Positions 61,415 through 64,000 of a stretch of DNA of 64,000 nucleotides are shown here, piece by piece. Made by a program: the position numbers and the translations under genes. Under the pieces are notes generated by a model, which saw only the letters and a program-made list of their open reading frames with translations, was not told the DNA's origin and ran no database searches. The DNA lies in the NCBI RefSeq assembly GCF_964188315.1, contig NC_135666.1, forward strand, positions 40,982,001 to 41,046,000. Direction: 5' to 3'. Within the stretch, counting starts at the first letter, position 1. Each line of letters begins with the position of its first letter. This DNA comes from Podarcis muralis (lineage: Eukaryota).

Positions 61415-63189
61415 AGGTCTGTGTACTACAAATACATGCAACATTGTATTTTAGGTCCTGCTCTTAGTAAGAATAATCTGCATTTTTATAACTTCCACTT
61501 TTACACAGTTGGAGGCTGTGATACTTAGAGGGCTTTGTTAGCACAACCTCCATTTGCTCGAATGAGTGTTTGCCTTGCTGAGGAAGATTAAAAGCAGTAA
61601 TCTTAGCAATAGGCTAAATAACATTTTCAAAGTGAGCCACCAGTTCTCTGCTCCCTAAAATCCCACTGGTTTTCATCATTGCTCATAACTGCTAGGCACT
61701 TACATACTTTGAACATTTTGCTCTGTGCTGTTTACTAGGGATTTCCTACTTATTTCTTTGGGTGCTTTCCTTTTTTCAAAAGTCAATGTATTCAAGACCA
61801 CAACAATTGTGTGATCCTTTGTTCTGGGGTACACAACAACCACTTTCTCTCCAAGAAGCCGTTTTTATTATTCTTTTCAATATTTTTTCATTCTCTTTGT
61901 AAAAAGCAACTCTTTTTCTTCTCCCAAAGAAAAAAATGGAGCTCTATTTGTGCAGTTTTGAGATAAGTTCCAAGAACAAGTGGAATAATTTCATATTTTT
62001 GCCTCTGGAGATTAGACAAAAAAAAAAAGGAATTAGATTTCAAGCCAACATTCCTCCAACAACAACAATGAACAGATTGGGCAGAAGGAGGCAGAAAAAA
62101 GTTTCTTCCAAATGTGTCACATTGCATTTACTTTCCTGCAATACCAAATAGGATGGCTTAAGTTCCAGCAGGTTTTCCCTTCTTTTATCCAAAGCCATGG
62201 CTGAACTTGCACATACCCAGAATTTTGTATGGCTTTGTAAGCAAAGGTGTAATTTGTTACCTGAGCTTTCATAAATATAACATAATTAAGGCACTCTTAA
62301 ACCAATATGAATAATTTTACAGCACTATTTTAGTCTACATAGTCATTTACAATACACCCCCCTTTGTTCCTCACAACAGCCACAGCCCACAGGAGGTGAT
62401 TCAGTTTTGTTGACTCATAGAACTAAGATTGCCGTATTTCCAACAGAGCAAGAAATCTAGCCATTATTCGCTTGGTTGCTCCCAAGGATCTTTAAACTTG
62501 GTTGGTCCTTTACAGGAATTTGCCACCATTGTTGCAAAGTGGTACTGGCACTTTGGGTGATCTTGCCCTTAATTTTTCTCTCAGAAAGTACCCCTTTATC
62601 AGCATGATGCATGGAATACCTGTGGCCGCCTCTGACACATAGTGAGGTGGAAGGAAGGAGAGAGCAGCAGTGAGAGGAGCAGCAGGTGGGGCAAGCAATC
62701 TGTGGGAGCACACATTCTGTCACCCTCTCCTGAGCCACATGGCTCTCTTTGAGAAATATATTGTGGAATGCTGAACCACAGTTTCTCATGATGCTAAAAT
62801 CAGGAAAATATGGTTTAAAGCTGCTTACCCAAATTCTGACATTATGGAAAATGTCTGTCCATCTTCATCCTATGCTTTTCTTTCTCTGGATCCATTTTAT
62901 TGTGTGTGTTTCCTTTTTTTAATCCTTTAGACATTTCTCTTTCATGTTACCTTATACTGCCTGTGCAACCCTGTTCCAACGCTGCAGTGTGTTGGACAAC
63001 ACTGCTATGATTGGATTTGGCAGTGTTCCTTTGGCTTTTCTTTTCATTTCAGAATCTTAGCAACACTGGCACCAATACTGGCATGCTGAAAAACTTTTAT
63101 TTCATGTATTATATATCCATGCTCCAGTGAGCTGATGACATACATTTTATCCTCACAAGAACTCTGAGGTACGTTAAAGAGAGTGGGCA

Positions 63190-63310
63190 AGGGGAAGGGG
63201 CTATTGGTTTGTCTTGTCCTTGTTTTTATTACGTATTTTGTGTTTTTATCTTGTATTTCTATGCTGTGAACCGCCCTGAGATCTACAGATGAAGAGCAGT
63301 ATACAAATTT
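63190..63310 (+). mobile_element. L2-type LINE 3' tail
   Basis: TGTGAACCGCCCTGAGATC...GCAGTATACAAATTTA. Confidence 0.65.
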
Positions 63311-63312
63311 AG

Positions 63313-63653
63313 CAACCTGGGAAGGTAGACCATCCAAGAGAAGGAAAACTCCGACCCTAAACGTCTGCCACCTTGCAGGATAGGGAGAAGAAAAGGCTAA
63401 AGAGTAAACCCTACACAAATCCATAGTTGGAGTCCCTAAGACAGTTGGATGGTGCCTTGTACGCCTTGTATGCTTTGGACCACATCAGCAAGGCTGAAAG
63501 GAGGGTCTTGTCACCTGGGCACCCCAGGACCTTCCTACACACTGCCCAGGCTTGCGCCCCAGGGAGGTCACTTCAGTGCTGCTAACACAGCAGTTTGACT
63601 TTACCCCTGGAGGAACACTCCATTGTCTCTTGAGACAGATGGATGCCAGCAAC
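63313..63653 (+). mobile_element. Non-autonomous retroposon-like interspersed repeat, family unassigned
   Basis: Recognised from memory as a recurrent lacertid repeat ending GAGACAGATGGATGCCAGCAAC; single copy in this window. Confidence 0.4.
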
Positions 63654-63794
63654 AGGCCATGGCTGAATTTCAGGGCTGGCTGGAGATTTGCCTCCAGGTC
63701 TCCCTAATCATACCTCCCTAGTTATAACCCTAGTGACTAGACCACACTAACTCACCTTCCATCTAATTATTATTAGGAAACTAATAGCAGTTTT

Positions 63795-64000
63795 GGGATG
63801 CGGATGGTGCTGTGGGTTAAACCACAGAGACTAGGGCTTGCCGATCGGAAGGTTGGCGGTTCGAATCCCCATGACGGGGTGAACTCCCGTTGCTCGGTCC
63901 CTGCTCCTGCCAACCTAGCAGTTCAAAAGCACGTCAAAGTGCAAGTAGATAAATACGTACCACTCCAGTGGGAAGGTAAACGGCGTTTCCGTGCACTGCT
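63795..64000 (+). mobile_element. Sauria SINE 5' portion (runs off the window)
   Basis: GGGATGCGGATGGTGCTGTGG head, GGTTCGAATCCC box, conserved core. Confidence 0.92.

Noticed and set aside
1-64000. Enrichment of TACAGTA/TACTGTA footprints; CRISPR arrays, rRNA, prokaryotic operons, endogenous viral ORFs
   Set aside because: A rough count of the heptamers is about what base composition predicts. No spaced direct-repeat array, rRNA or recognisable viral protein motif was seen.

Overview
Eukaryotic, mostly non-coding DNA from a squamate reptile, most likely a lacertid lizard. The evidence is eight Sauria-type SINE copies with (ACCTTT)n tails plus lizard-type hAT and Tc1/mariner MITEs and L2/CR1 fragments. 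The window looks like intronic or intergenic sequence of a large locus, with two assembly gaps (8114-8293 and 17747-17892). No host gene could be named. The only clearly recognisable protein-coding remnants are retrotransposon reverse transcriptases: an L2 fragment (about 28.9-30.3 kb, minus strand) and a nearly intact Rex1/Babar-type 3' end (44.5-45.2 kb). I found no convincing new biological system. The best leads are: (1) a SINE bracketed by an anomalous ~105-bp direct duplication, one copy of which carries a transposon excision footprint; (2) two different LTRs whose minus strands read as acidic/Pro/Arg-rich frames from their first bases; (3) a 450-bp GC-rich island of five hairpins; (4) palindromic MITEs whose two arms carry matching indels; (5) a Penelope-type hammerhead ribozyme remnant; (6) a series of frame-preserving candidate microexons on the minus strand, some of which are probably chance. 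Repeat family names come from recognition, not from a database search.
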